Source: Candidatus Aenigmatarchaeota archaeon
Lineage (GTDB): Archaea; Aenigmatarchaeota; Aenigmatarchaeia; PWEA01
DNA: 64,000 nucleotides
Direction of reading: 5' to 3'
Assembly (NCBI GenBank): GCA_003554845.1
Contig: PWHK01000020.1
Location: forward strand, 6,895 to 70,894
Made by a program: the position numbers and the translations under genes. Positions 20,936 through 29,126 of this stretch are shown one piece after another (the stretch's first letter is position 1; each line of letters starts with the position of its first letter). The notes under the pieces are model-generated. The model was not told the origin of the DNA, searched no databases, and saw only the letters and a program-made list of their open reading frames with translations.

Positions 20936-20945
20936 TTTGAAAACC

Positions 20946-21191
20946 TCATAGGTTGTAAAAAAATACAGAAAAAACTGCCCATATCAGTATGAAAGGAACT
21001 ATGCCGTTGGACATCCACCACTTGAGACCTCCGTGGTCTTCAACCGTATACTTTGAAATATTACCTGTGACAAGTAAAACCGCCAGGGCAACGCCCAGTG
21101 CATGCAGAGGTTGTCCGGTGAAGTTTGAAAGATATCCTGCAATTGCTCCTGCAATCGAATGAGCAGCGGTAATTATCTTTTCGTCGTCCAT
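20946..21191 (-). CDS. small membrane protein
   Basis: 81 aa with 2 TM helices. Confidence 0.35.
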   Translation of the reverse strand: MDDEKIITAAHSIAGAIAGYLSNFTGQPLHALGVALAVLLVTGNISKYTVEDHGGLKWWMSNGIVPFILIWAVFSVFFYNL

Positions 21192-21275
21192 GTTATCCCC
21201 ACAAATTAGGCTACACTGATTTTTATAGTTTGTACTTAAATAATTTATTTAAACCTCGATGGACAACTCGAAGAT

Positions 21276-21887
21276 ATGAAAAACGCTCTCCTGTTTTTCC
21301 TTTTTCTGTTCCTAGTCCTTCCGTATTTAGGAAGCGTTGCCTCTGCGGAATTCTTCAGCAACGATCTCACCATAACCGTAGAATCGACTTCACGTCCGCA
21401 GATAGTTACAACGGCCTGCACAGGCCACGGAGAAAAAAGAATAGAAAAAACTGTCGATGAATGGGGCCACTGCAGAATAGATGTATCCAACGCCGGGAAC
21501 ACCTATCTTGATATAAACATCACCTCAAACTTCGGAGGTGGAGAAGAGGACTGGTTTACTTGGAAGTTCGAATGTCCAAATCCCATAGGAGACTGCAAAG
21601 ATGAACAGGGAAAAAATCCCATGATAACGGACATAGAACTTGAACCTGGAGAAGACACCCACTTCTTTCTAAATACATCCCTAGGGCTTACCGGAAAATC
21701 TTCTGTAGTAGATCTTGGAATGGTCCATGAAGACGAAGAAGAGCATATAGACAGTGTCACCGTTATAACAGAAGACGATCCGGAAGGAAGGTACGGTCCC
21801 TTTTTAGCACCAGTCTATACAGATATATCCGTTGTATTTCTCATAGTTACATCCTCTCTTATCGCAGCATTAACAAAAATCAGATAG
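21276..21887 (+). CDS. secreted protein with Sec signal peptide and C-terminal TM anchor
   Basis: MKNALLFFLFLFLVLPYLGSVASA signal. C-terminal GPF ... ISVVFLIVTSSLIAALTKIR anchor reminiscent of archaeosortase-type C-terminal tails. Confidence 0.45.
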   Translation: MKNALLFFLFLFLVLPYLGSVASAEFFSNDLTITVESTSRPQIVTTACTGHGEKRIEKTVDEWGHCRIDVSNAGNTYLDINITSNFGGGEEDWFTWKFECPNPIGDCKDEQGKNPMITDIELEPGEDTHFFLNTSLGLTGKSSVVDLGMVHEDEEEHIDSVTVITEDDPEGRYGPFLAPVYTDISVVFLIVTSSLIAALTKIR

Positions 21888-22541
21888 ATCCCCCTGGTTT
21901 CTCTCCTCGATTATCCTCTGTGAGGTTACCCAGCTCCTTCTCACAGTTTCCGGAAAGGTTCCTTCTTGATCTATAACTCTACGGAGAAACTTCTTGGTTC
22001 TCTCGTCACTGGGATATCCGTTTCCTATGACCCACCCGGTTCTCTTTTCTATGCTGGAAACAGATCTATCCCTTGTAACCTTTGCAAGAACAGATGCTGC
22101 AGAAACGACTACATGGTTTTCGTCGGCGCGGTTCTCGGAAACTATTTCTACATCCTTGAGATCATCACAAAGAAGCCCACGTATAACCCTCTCCACCTTT
22201 TCTGTTCTGGCCTCCATTGCATCGATTATAACCTTATCCGGTCTCAGAGCATCTATAAGGCCTGCCATTCTCTCTGATTCTATCATGTTCAAACTTCTGT
22301 TTACCATCTCCTCGTCTATCTTCTTTGCACTTATCTTAACCACGGCAAAGTCCTCGGCAATTCCCTTTATCTTTTCTTCAAGGCTTTCCCTCTTCTTCCG
22401 TGTCAGTTTTTTGGAGTCCTTTACACCCATCCTCTTGAGTTCGTCTTCTCTTCCTTCTTCGATGACCACTGCACCTATACACAGAGGACCAACTACGGCC
22501 CCTCTACCGGCCTCGTCTACGCCAAGAACTAGCTTCACCAT
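21870..22541 (-). CDS. rnhB: ribonuclease HII
   Basis: MVKLVLGVDEAGRGAVVGPL start. The listed ORF extends further upstream into the tRNA gene, so it is trimmed to the internal Met at 22541. Confidence 0.85.
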   Translation of the reverse strand: MVKLVLGVDEAGRGAVVGPLCIGAVVIEEGREDELKRMGVKDSKKLTRKKRESLEEKIKGIAEDFAVVKISAKKIDEEMVNRSLNMIESERMAGLIDALRPDKVIIDAMEARTEKVERVIRGLLCDDLKDVEIVSENRADENHVVVSAASVLAKVTRDRSVSSIEKRTGWVIGNGYPSDERTKKFLRRVIDQEGTFPETVRRSWVTSQRIIEERNQGDLSDFC

Positions 22542-22611
22542 GAAGAGAAGTTCCAGTTCCAAGCTTATAAAATTGGAAGTTCCTGGATAGTTGTCCGACG
22601 CAACCGCAAGA

Positions 22612-22618
22612 TTTAAAT
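22612..22618 (+). promoter_or_regulatory. TATA-like box (TTTAAAT) about 24-30 nt upstream of the tRNA
   Basis: Sequence atttaaatta seen directly upstream of the tRNA 5' end at archaeal promoter spacing. Confidence 0.4.
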
Positions 22619-22641
22619 TAGCTTTCGTTAAAGATAGGTAC

Positions 22642-22719
22642 AGCGGGGTAGAGCAGCCTGGAGTGCTCGTCGGGCTCATAACCCGGAGGTCGGTGGTTCA
22701 AATCCACCCCCCGCTACCA
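22642..22719 (+). tRNA. initiator tRNA-Met (anticodon CAT at 22677-22679) with encoded CCA
   Basis: Manual fold gives a 7-bp acceptor stem (AGCGGGG/CCCCGCU), D-stem GAGC/GCUC, anticodon stem with three G-C pairs, loop CUCAUAA, and T-arm GGUGG-UUCAAAU-CCACC. The A1:U72 pair and GGG/CCC anticodon stem are archaeal initiator hallmarks. Confidence 0.85.
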
Positions 22720-22727
22720 TTTTTATT
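22720..22727 (+). terminator. T-tract (TTTTTATT) immediately after the tRNA 3' end
   Basis: Oligo-T run seen directly after the CCA. Archaeal terminators are typically T-rich tracts. Confidence 0.35.
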
Positions 22728-22748
22728 CTAAAAACAACAAATTTATAC

Positions 22749-23300
22749 ATGCTCACTGATGAACAAGGCGAAAAGCTGGTAGGGTACGCTCGTGAGGTCC
22801 TCGAAAGCTATATCAGAGATGAGGGGCTACCCGAAGCCCGGGAAGAAGACTTTATGGATGAGAAAAAAGGCGTGTTCGTAACCCTGAAGAAGAACGATGA
22901 GTTAAGAGGGTGTGTCGGTCTACCACTTCCCAGATTCCCATTGCGTGAAGCCGTTAAGAAAGCTGCACGGCTTTCTGCGGACGACAGGAGATTCCCACCT
23001 ATAGATGAAAAAGAGCTCCGTAACATAACCATAGAGGTTACAGTACTCACCGAACCAGAAACAGTAGATGCCGACAGCCCAGATGACTATATCAAAAAAG
23101 TAGAAGTTGGAAAGCACGGACTCATTATAAGCAAGGGTGGTAGAGAAGGGCTACTTCTGCCACAGGTTCCTATCGAACAGAACTGGTCCTGTACAGAATA
23201 CCTTGAAGGGCTCTGCAGAAAGGCAAGGCTGGATTCAGATGCATGGAAGAGAAAATCGACGGAGATAAAGAGATTTGAAGGCCAGATTTTCAGAGAATAG
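22749..23300 (+). CDS. AMMECR1 domain protein
   Basis: LRGCVG and the surrounding conserved AMMECR1 core. Confidence 0.75.
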   Translation: MLTDEQGEKLVGYAREVLESYIRDEGLPEAREEDFMDEKKGVFVTLKKNDELRGCVGLPLPRFPLREAVKKAARLSADDRRFPPIDEKELRNITIEVTVLTEPETVDADSPDDYIKKVEVGKHGLIISKGGREGLLLPQVPIEQNWSCTEYLEGLCRKARLDSDAWKRKSTEIKRFEGQIFRE

Positions 23301-23392
23301 ATTCCATAACCACACTATATGTGTTATTTATCGACAAGCATTGAGATAACCTTTATATATAACACATATCAATTGATATCATACGTGGTAAA

Positions 23393-23665
23393 ATGATCGA
23401 AATAGCATTCATTCTTGTCTGCCTCCTAACTCCTGTACTTGCAAAGTACGCAGGAATAATGGAGAAGGCAAAAAGAGGATTTTCGTTGATCGCTGGAGCA
23501 GGTGTACTTTACCTGCTCGCAAACTCATTTGCCAGAACACACCTAGTAGTCGACGAAGCAGCAGAGCTGGCAACCTGGGGCTCCTACCTATTTGGTCTGA
23601 TAGGATGGATCTTTGTACTTGTAGGAGTTTTGATGGTAGTTTACAAGATAGCGATCAAAGAATAG
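23393..23665 (+). CDS. small membrane protein
   Basis: 90 aa with 3 TM helices. Confidence 0.4.
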   Translation: MIEIAFILVCLLTPVLAKYAGIMEKAKRGFSLIAGAGVLYLLANSFARTHLVVDEAAELATWGSYLFGLIGWIFVLVGVLMVVYKIAIKE

Positions 23666-23693
23666 AGATGTAAAAAGTCTCTAAACCCTTTTC

Positions 23694-24530
23694 TTATTTT
23701 TTATCCTTAACTAGACAGTCTAGGCATATCTTCCACTTTCTTGGCGCAAAGGGAAGTACCTTTCTCTTATCCAAAAACTCCACCTCCTTTCCATATGCTT
23801 CAGCGGACTCCAGTATATTCTCTTCTGCCTCTGTGTAGAGATCCTCCTCGTTGCTCCATGTATAATAGTTTATTATACCCTCTTCCTTCAGACACCTAAC
23901 TGCAAGATCAAGAAACTCATTCGAATCCCTCGGGAGAGGCATCAGGACCCTGTCACAGGTTCCAAAGTAGTCAGGACATATATCTTTCACATCTCCCTCC
24001 AAGGGAACTACTTTACCATCAAGTTTGTTCAGATCCACATTTTCTTCGAGATACTGGTAGGCATCAGGATTGAGTTCAACTGCATAGATTTTTTCTACAT
24101 CCTTCTGCTTGGCTATAACCACAGGAAAGGGGCCTACTCCTGCAAACATAGCCATGATGACCTCACCGTTTTCTACCTGTTCTACTATCCTCTGCCTCTC
24201 CTTTGCTTCTCTCTCAGAAAAATACATCTCCGTGGGATCCAACCTGAACCTACAGCCATGCTCCTTGTGTAAAGTTTCTGTATCGCCATCGCCGGCTATA
24301 AGCTCGTAGTCCCTTGTACGGAACTCCCCCTTTCTTCCCGACAGTTCCCTGAGAACAGTTTTTATATGTTTGTTTATCTCCATAAGTTTTTCTCCTATGA
24401 GTCCCTTTCTGTGTTCCAGTTCGTCGGGAACCTCTATTATAGCAATATCTCCTATTACCTCAAACGACTTGACCAGGTGATCAAGCTCCTTCTCTTTCAG
24501 TTCATCTTCTAAAGCTTCCTTGAGATCCAA
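23694..24530 (-). CDS. tRNA (guanine37-N1)-methyltransferase Trm5/Taw2 class (Met-10+ domain)
   Basis: AMFAGVGPFPVVIAK ... ELNPDAYQYLEENVDLN Met-10+ motifs. Confidence 0.7.
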   Translation of the reverse strand: MDLKEALEDELKEKELDHLVKSFEVIGDIAIIEVPDELEHRKGLIGEKLMEINKHIKTVLRELSGRKGEFRTRDYELIAGDGDTETLHKEHGCRFRLDPTEMYFSEREAKERQRIVEQVENGEVIMAMFAGVGPFPVVIAKQKDVEKIYAVELNPDAYQYLEENVDLNKLDGKVVPLEGDVKDICPDYFGTCDRVLMPLPRDSNEFLDLAVRCLKEEGIINYYTWSNEEDLYTEAEENILESAEAYGKEVEFLDKRKVLPFAPRKWKICLDCLVKDKK

Positions 24531-25978
24531 AACGAAACACCTTCGAAAATATCCACTACTTTACGCACGAGGTCCTCGAAAAACATAACCAAACTACCGG
24601 AATCGCCTATGATTATATCTTCCCCTATCTCTATCTCAACCCTGTGGTCCCTTACAGTGTGGTTGAGATCAATCCCACTGAGATTGAATCTCTGGCTGTT
24701 TATATCCTTTAGGCAGTTTTCAAACTCTGTTCTGTTTTCGCTGTAGCATGGCCTTAAATCCACCAGGTTCTCCATTATCTTCGCCTTCTCGTCGGCACTT
24801 TCTATATTTCTATCGATCTCCCAAAGTTTTTCGTAGATGTCTCTCAGTGACCCGACGCCTTCCTTTTCAACCTGGTTTCTAACTATAAGTTCTGAAAAAG
24901 CGTATCCGAACTCCCTCATACCACGGAACTCGTCTCTCCGTGGAGACCAGTATTTTATCCAGGCGTCGTCCTCTGTATAGTAGTCCCACAGTTCATCAGA
25001 AGACGACCTCGGATTGATTCTGTACCTTTTACCGTTTTCCTCGTAGTAAACCACATCTCCAAAAACCTCGGATCTGGGTGAACCAATGGCCTCGGAGGTA
25101 AGAACCTCTACAAACTGCGCCTTTCCCTCGTCGTAGTATGCAGTCTCTGTATTATCCCACTTGAGTGTCCTGGAGTTGAAGGCATGGACAGTTTCGTGTA
25201 GGAGTGTCTTTAACTTATCTGTTTTTCCGAGGCTTTTGCGTATTGTAACAAGACCACACGTCTCATACGTACCGTCGCTCCATGGACTGAACTCCTGGTC
25301 GTATGTAGTATCATCAAGAAGAACAACAGGAATTCTCTCATGGGGATTCGAAACCCCTGTGATATACTCCACAAGAGCCACAAGATCATCGGCCCCATCG
25401 AAGCTGTAGTTCCCGAAGTACCGATAGTTTTCCGTGTCTTCTCCCAGGTCAGAAAAATGGCCACATAGCCACAGATGCCCGTGGCCTCTGAACTTAAGCG
25501 ACCCATCCGAATACTGTGACTGGAACCCAAGGGGCTCGTTCCAGGAGAGTATATTGGAATCTTGGACAACTGCAGTTGTCTCCTTTCCCTCGAAACCAAA
25601 AAGATCCACGTCGAACTTCATCGGACCGCCGAAACTTTCAGAAACTCCGTCCCGAGACCTCCACATCATCTGTACATCATGCTCCTTCCTCGGAAGTACA
25701 GAATCCACGCTAATAACAGCTCTACCGTCCTCGTAGTAGTAAGAAGCATCTCCAACTGTACTGTCGACACCAACAATATCTATATCTTCTTCCTGACCAA
25801 TGGTAATCCTCGTTCCACCGACAGGATCTTCTGACCCGACAACAAAGGAAGAATTAACTAAAACAGACTCTTCATCCAGATCGATCCTGTGTAGAACCGA
25901 AGCTTCCGATGAAGATGAAAATAAAAGGAAGACTGATAAAAACACAAGAAAAACGCAGACATACCCTATAGATTCCAT
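24509..25978 (-). CDS. secreted protein with HExxH motif (putative metallopeptidase-like)
   Basis: N-terminal signal/TM segment, LLHETVHAF motif, 489 aa. Confidence 0.4.
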   Translation of the reverse strand: MESIGYVCVFLVFLSVFLLFSSSSEASVLHRIDLDEESVLVNSSFVVGSEDPVGGTRITIGQEEDIDIVGVDSTVGDASYYYEDGRAVISVDSVLPRKEHDVQMMWRSRDGVSESFGGPMKFDVDLFGFEGKETTAVVQDSNILSWNEPLGFQSQYSDGSLKFRGHGHLWLCGHFSDLGEDTENYRYFGNYSFDGADDLVALVEYITGVSNPHERIPVVLLDDTTYDQEFSPWSDGTYETCGLVTIRKSLGKTDKLKTLLHETVHAFNSRTLKWDNTETAYYDEGKAQFVEVLTSEAIGSPRSEVFGDVVYYEENGKRYRINPRSSSDELWDYYTEDDAWIKYWSPRRDEFRGMREFGYAFSELIVRNQVEKEGVGSLRDIYEKLWEIDRNIESADEKAKIMENLVDLRPCYSENRTEFENCLKDINSQRFNLSGIDLNHTVRDHRVEIEIGEDIIIGDSGSLVMFFEDLVRKVVDIFEGVSFWISRKL

Positions 25979-26047
25979 ACAATCAATAGTTACAAACGGA
26001 GATAAAAAACTTCATGATATTTAAAGTTCCAGAGACCTACTTCCCCT

Positions 26048-26788
26048 ATGATAACTCTTGTAGGCCTTGGTCTCATAGACCAGAAAGACATAAGTCTCAG
26101 GGGAATCGAAGCCATAGAAGGAGCCGACAGAATCTTTATGGAAAACTATACCTCCAGGTGGAAAGGAGAGAAAGGGATCAAAGATCTTGTCAAGAAAGAG
26201 ATAGAAACTGTGGAAAGAAACGAACTGGAAGAAGGTTCCGACAAGATACTTAGTATGGCCAAAGAAGGAAATGTAGTTGTACTTATACCCGGAGATCCTC
26301 TTGTGGCGACAACCCACGTTGAGCTCCTCATACATGCAAAGAAGATGGGTATACAAACGGAGGTCGTACATTCATCTTCCATATACTCGGCCGTGGCCGA
26401 AACAGGTCTACAGATATACAAGTTCGGAAAGACTACCACCATACCCATACCACAAAAAAACTACAGACCTGTGTCACCATATGAAGTGATAGATGAAAAC
26501 AAAGAGAAGGGTCTCCACACACTTGCTCTCCTGGATATCAAGGAAAGGGCCATGGAAGTAGAAGAAGCACTGAGGTATCTCCTGGAGATAGAAGATGAAA
26601 AGGAAGAGGATGTAGTCACAAGAGAAGAAAAGGTCGTTGCGTTCAACATAGGTCCAGAGGGATCGACGACGGCCTACAAAAAAATAAGAAACCTTCTGGA
26701 GGAGGACTTTCCCACTCCTGCAGTGTTGATCTTCACAGGGAGTCTTCACGAAAAGGAGAAAGAGGCCCTGGAGATGTTTTCTATCTGA
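26048..26788 (+). CDS. dph5: diphthine synthase (Dph5)
   Basis: MITLVGLGL ... ENYTS start and PGDPLVATTH ... IYKFGKTTT blocks match the tetrapyrrole-methylase-fold Dph5. Confidence 0.85.
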   Translation: MITLVGLGLIDQKDISLRGIEAIEGADRIFMENYTSRWKGEKGIKDLVKKEIETVERNELEEGSDKILSMAKEGNVVVLIPGDPLVATTHVELLIHAKKMGIQTEVVHSSSIYSAVAETGLQIYKFGKTTTIPIPQKNYRPVSPYEVIDENKEKGLHTLALLDIKERAMEVEEALRYLLEIEDEKEEDVVTREEKVVAFNIGPEGSTTAYKKIRNLLEEDFPTPAVLIFTGSLHEKEKEALEMFSI

Positions 26789-26792
26789 AGGT

Positions 26793-27041
26793 GTGTGCAT
26801 GGAAACAGAAAAAATACTCAAGGAGGAAACAGACAAGTGGCTGTCCAGATTGAAGAGTAAAGAAGTGAACTCTTTGGGTAAAAAGGGCGACATGATCAAA
26901 GAAAATATAGAAGCATACACGGAGGATACAGAACACTTTCTAGAGAAGGAGGACCTTGTACGGGCGTTTGAAGCCGTTGTCTGGGCATGGAGCTGGCTGG
27001 AGATAGGCGAAGAACTGGGAAAAGTAGAGAGATCCGAATGA
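26793..27041 (+). CDS. hypothetical small protein
   Basis: 82 aa ORF immediately after dph5. Confidence 0.3.
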   Translation: MCMETEKILKEETDKWLSRLKSKEVNSLGKKGDMIKENIEAYTEDTEHFLEKEDLVRAFEAVVWAWSWLEIGEELGKVERSE

Positions 27042-27095
27042 TTTTCTCGAAGCATAAATATCTTTACCTAGAATTATTTCTTATCGAGTAAAACC

Positions 27096-27467
27096 TTGGA
27101 CTGTGAGGTGAATATCATCGAAAAAAAGAATTATATAAAAAATCACCCAGGAGAAGATGCTACCGAAGATGAATGGATAGAGATGTACAAGCAACATATC
27201 AATAGAGAAAAAAACGAGGGTATGGAAGGCTTTGTTACAGCCTACGAACTACTCGGAGAAGACAGACACAGATGGTTAAAAAGGATCTTAGGGACAAACA
27301 AGAAAATGGAGAAACCTCCCGAAGAACACAGAGAAGAGGAGGATATTTACAGGATACAAAATGAAACTGGAAAGTACGGAGAAATACTGTCTGAGAATGA
27401 AAGAAAGCATCCTGGAGAAGGGGTTTCTGACGATATCTGGTTAGAAAGATACGATGGATCTAGGTAG
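27096..27467 (+). CDS. hypothetical K/E-rich protein (HPGE ... EDEW motif)
   Basis: 123 aa. Shares the HPGEDATEDEWIEMYK motif with the small ORF at 27541. Confidence 0.4.
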   Translation: MDCEVNIIEKKNYIKNHPGEDATEDEWIEMYKQHINREKNEGMEGFVTAYELLGEDRHRWLKRILGTNKKMEKPPEEHREEEDIYRIQNETGKYGEILSENERKHPGEGVSDDIWLERYDGSR

Positions 27468-27543
27468 TTTTACTACTTTAGAGTTACAAATAACCACAAC
27501 CTTTAAATAGTAGGAAAGTTAATTACTACTTGGTGACAAAATG
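27468..27543 (+). repeat. copy A of a ~75-bp duplicated promoter/5' cassette (TATA ctttaaatag)
   Basis: Near-identical to 28589-28664 (tactttagagttac ... acctttaaatagtaggaa.gttaattactacttggtgacaaaatg). Ends at an ATG. Confidence 0.7.
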
Positions 27544-27684
27544 TACAAAAATTCAAACGGTGTGGTGGAACATCCCGGTGAAGGAGCCTCAGATGAAGAG
27601 TGGAGGGAGAAGTACAGGGAGTTCAAGGAAATCGAGAAAGAGGAACTAGAAAGGTCCTATGTAGGACTAAAAACAGAAAGGTGA
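27541..27684 (+). CDS. small ORF (47 aa) MYKNSNGVVEHPGEGASDEEWREKYREFKE ...
   Basis: Starts at the ATG of repeat copy A. Shares the HPGE ... EEW ... Y motif with the N-terminus of the 27096 ORF. Not in the supplied track because it is under 60 aa. Confidence 0.3.
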   Translation: MYKNSNGVVEHPGEGASDEEWREKYREFKEIEKEELERSYVGLKTER

Positions 27685-27689
27685 AAAAA

Positions 27690-28571
27690 ATGTCAAAGAA
27701 AAAGGTACTAGAGGCTTTGTCAAACGCCAACAAAGGAAATGCATACCTTGGACAAAGGCTTTCGGAAAACGTAGAAAGAATGGCAGTGGCCGAGATAAGC
27801 AAGGACGAGGCAGAGAAATTCAAAGAAAAAAGTCAGAAAGACGCAGCAGGGCTTGTAGATCAGATAGGCAGAGAACAGACCATTAGAGGAGACAAACTAG
27901 ATGGAGAAGGTTTTGCATCAGAAGGCGAAGAATATTTCAACAGGTTCAATCAATCAGACCTCGAAGGTCCAGCAGAGACTATTCTAGAAGAACTGGACAG
28001 GCTTATGGACAAGGCTGAAGAAGAAGACATAGAAATATTCGAAGAGTTGAAGGAGGATCTCAAAGAAAGATATACTACAAGCAGACTGATCTCAAACAAG
28101 TACGAAGATACACTGGAGAAGTACGACCAAGGACAGATAACCACAGGGGAGTTCTTTGATCAAATGGAAGAATACAAAGGAAGCACAGACAAAGAACTCG
28201 GAAAGGAAATTGGAAAGGCACTCATGAGATCGCTGGATGCAGGAGAGTACAAACGTCTTCTCGACAAGGCATTCATAGACGAAGAAAATGGCTACACAGA
28301 AGAACAGATGGAGGTCCTAGGAGGAATAAGAAACCTGTACAAGATAGGGGAAGAACTGGGAGTATACAATCTGGATAGTGACATAGAATCCTTTGAAGGC
28401 CAAAAGAACTGGATTTCATACGGCATTGGAAGTAGAAGTGGAAAAAGATGGACAGAAGGAGAGGAAGAATTTCTCAAAAAGAACTACGAAGACAAGTCGG
28501 TGGAAGACCTTGCGACTTTGATGGGAAGAACAGTAGGTGCCGTTGAAGCAAGATACGGATCCATGGAGTAA
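27690..28571 (+). CDS. hypothetical acidic K/E-rich protein
   Basis: In-frame ATG (MSKKKVLEAL) 6 nt after the small ORF stop. The listed ORF start at 27600 would overlap the small ORF. Confidence 0.45.
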   Translation: MSKKKVLEALSNANKGNAYLGQRLSENVERMAVAEISKDEAEKFKEKSQKDAAGLVDQIGREQTIRGDKLDGEGFASEGEEYFNRFNQSDLEGPAETILEELDRLMDKAEEEDIEIFEELKEDLKERYTTSRLISNKYEDTLEKYDQGQITTGEFFDQMEEYKGSTDKELGKEIGKALMRSLDAGEYKRLLDKAFIDEENGYTEEQMEVLGGIRNLYKIGEELGVYNLDSDIESFEGQKNWISYGIGSRSGKRWTEGEEEFLKKNYEDKSVEDLATLMGRTVGAVEARYGSME

Positions 28572-28588
28572 AGCAACCCTTCTTTTTC

Positions 28589-28664
28589 TTTTATTACTTT
28601 AGAGTTACGAACAACCCAAACCTTTAAATAGTAGGAATGTTAATTACTACTTGGTGACAAAATG
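28589..28664 (+). repeat. copy B of the duplicated promoter/5' cassette
   Basis: See copy A. Ends at the ATG of the 28662 ORF. Confidence 0.7.
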
Positions 28665-29114
28665 ACTAAAACAGAAGATGGCCTCATAAAAACATTGTAC
28701 AATAATACTAATTCTAAATATGGGGATTTCGATGACAACTACAACGTTTCTGACTTTCTCATGAATGTCGGAGCAGGACCAATAGGGTTTCTCCATGGTC
28801 TTTCCGGAGAAACCGAGAAGGTAGGGCTTGAGAAAATGTACGATGAAGGAAATGCTTCTCTTTACATGGACGAGAAAGCGGAGAAGGAATGGGGAGAAAT
28901 TGTAGATTCCATGACAGAAGAAATACTGGAGGAAGGTATGGATGAACTTACAAAACTATACAGAAACACAGAGGACAGTGGAATAAAGGAAAGGATATAT
29001 GATATAGTAGAAGAAGAGACAGGAGAGGCCAAGGATATTCTAGAGGAAGAGAAATCATATGATATTGACAACTACGAAGATACCAACGGACCCATCTGCG
29101 ATATAGACTACTGA
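28662..29114 (+). CDS. hypothetical acidic protein
   Basis: 150 aa ORF driven by promoter copy B. Confidence 0.45.
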   Translation: MTKTEDGLIKTLYNNTNSKYGDFDDNYNVSDFLMNVGAGPIGFLHGLSGETEKVGLEKMYDEGNASLYMDEKAEKEWGEIVDSMTEEILEEGMDELTKLYRNTEDSGIKERIYDIVEEETGEAKDILEEEKSYDIDNYEDTNGPICDIDY

Positions 29115-29126
29115 TCAGGTGATAAC

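Noticed and set aside
21994-22590. 198-aa plus-strand ORF
   Set aside because: Antisense to RNase HII. Ser/Thr/Leu low-complexity.
22642-22719. Alternative identity of the CAT-anticodon tRNA as elongator Met or Ile2 (lysidine/agmatidine-modified)
   Set aside because: A1:U72 and three consecutive G-C pairs in the anticodon stem favour archaeal initiator identity. Cannot be fully excluded without tRNAscan-SE.
26474-27055. 193-aa minus-strand ORF spanning the dph5 3' end and the following small gene
   Set aside because: Antisense to the confidently identified diphthine synthase. Low-complexity product.
27468-28664. Possible CRISPR array or MITE, because of the repeated ~75-bp element
   Set aside because: Only two copies, about 1.1 kb apart. 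Each carries a TATA box and ends at an ATG. No short regular spacers. Interpreted as a duplicated promoter.
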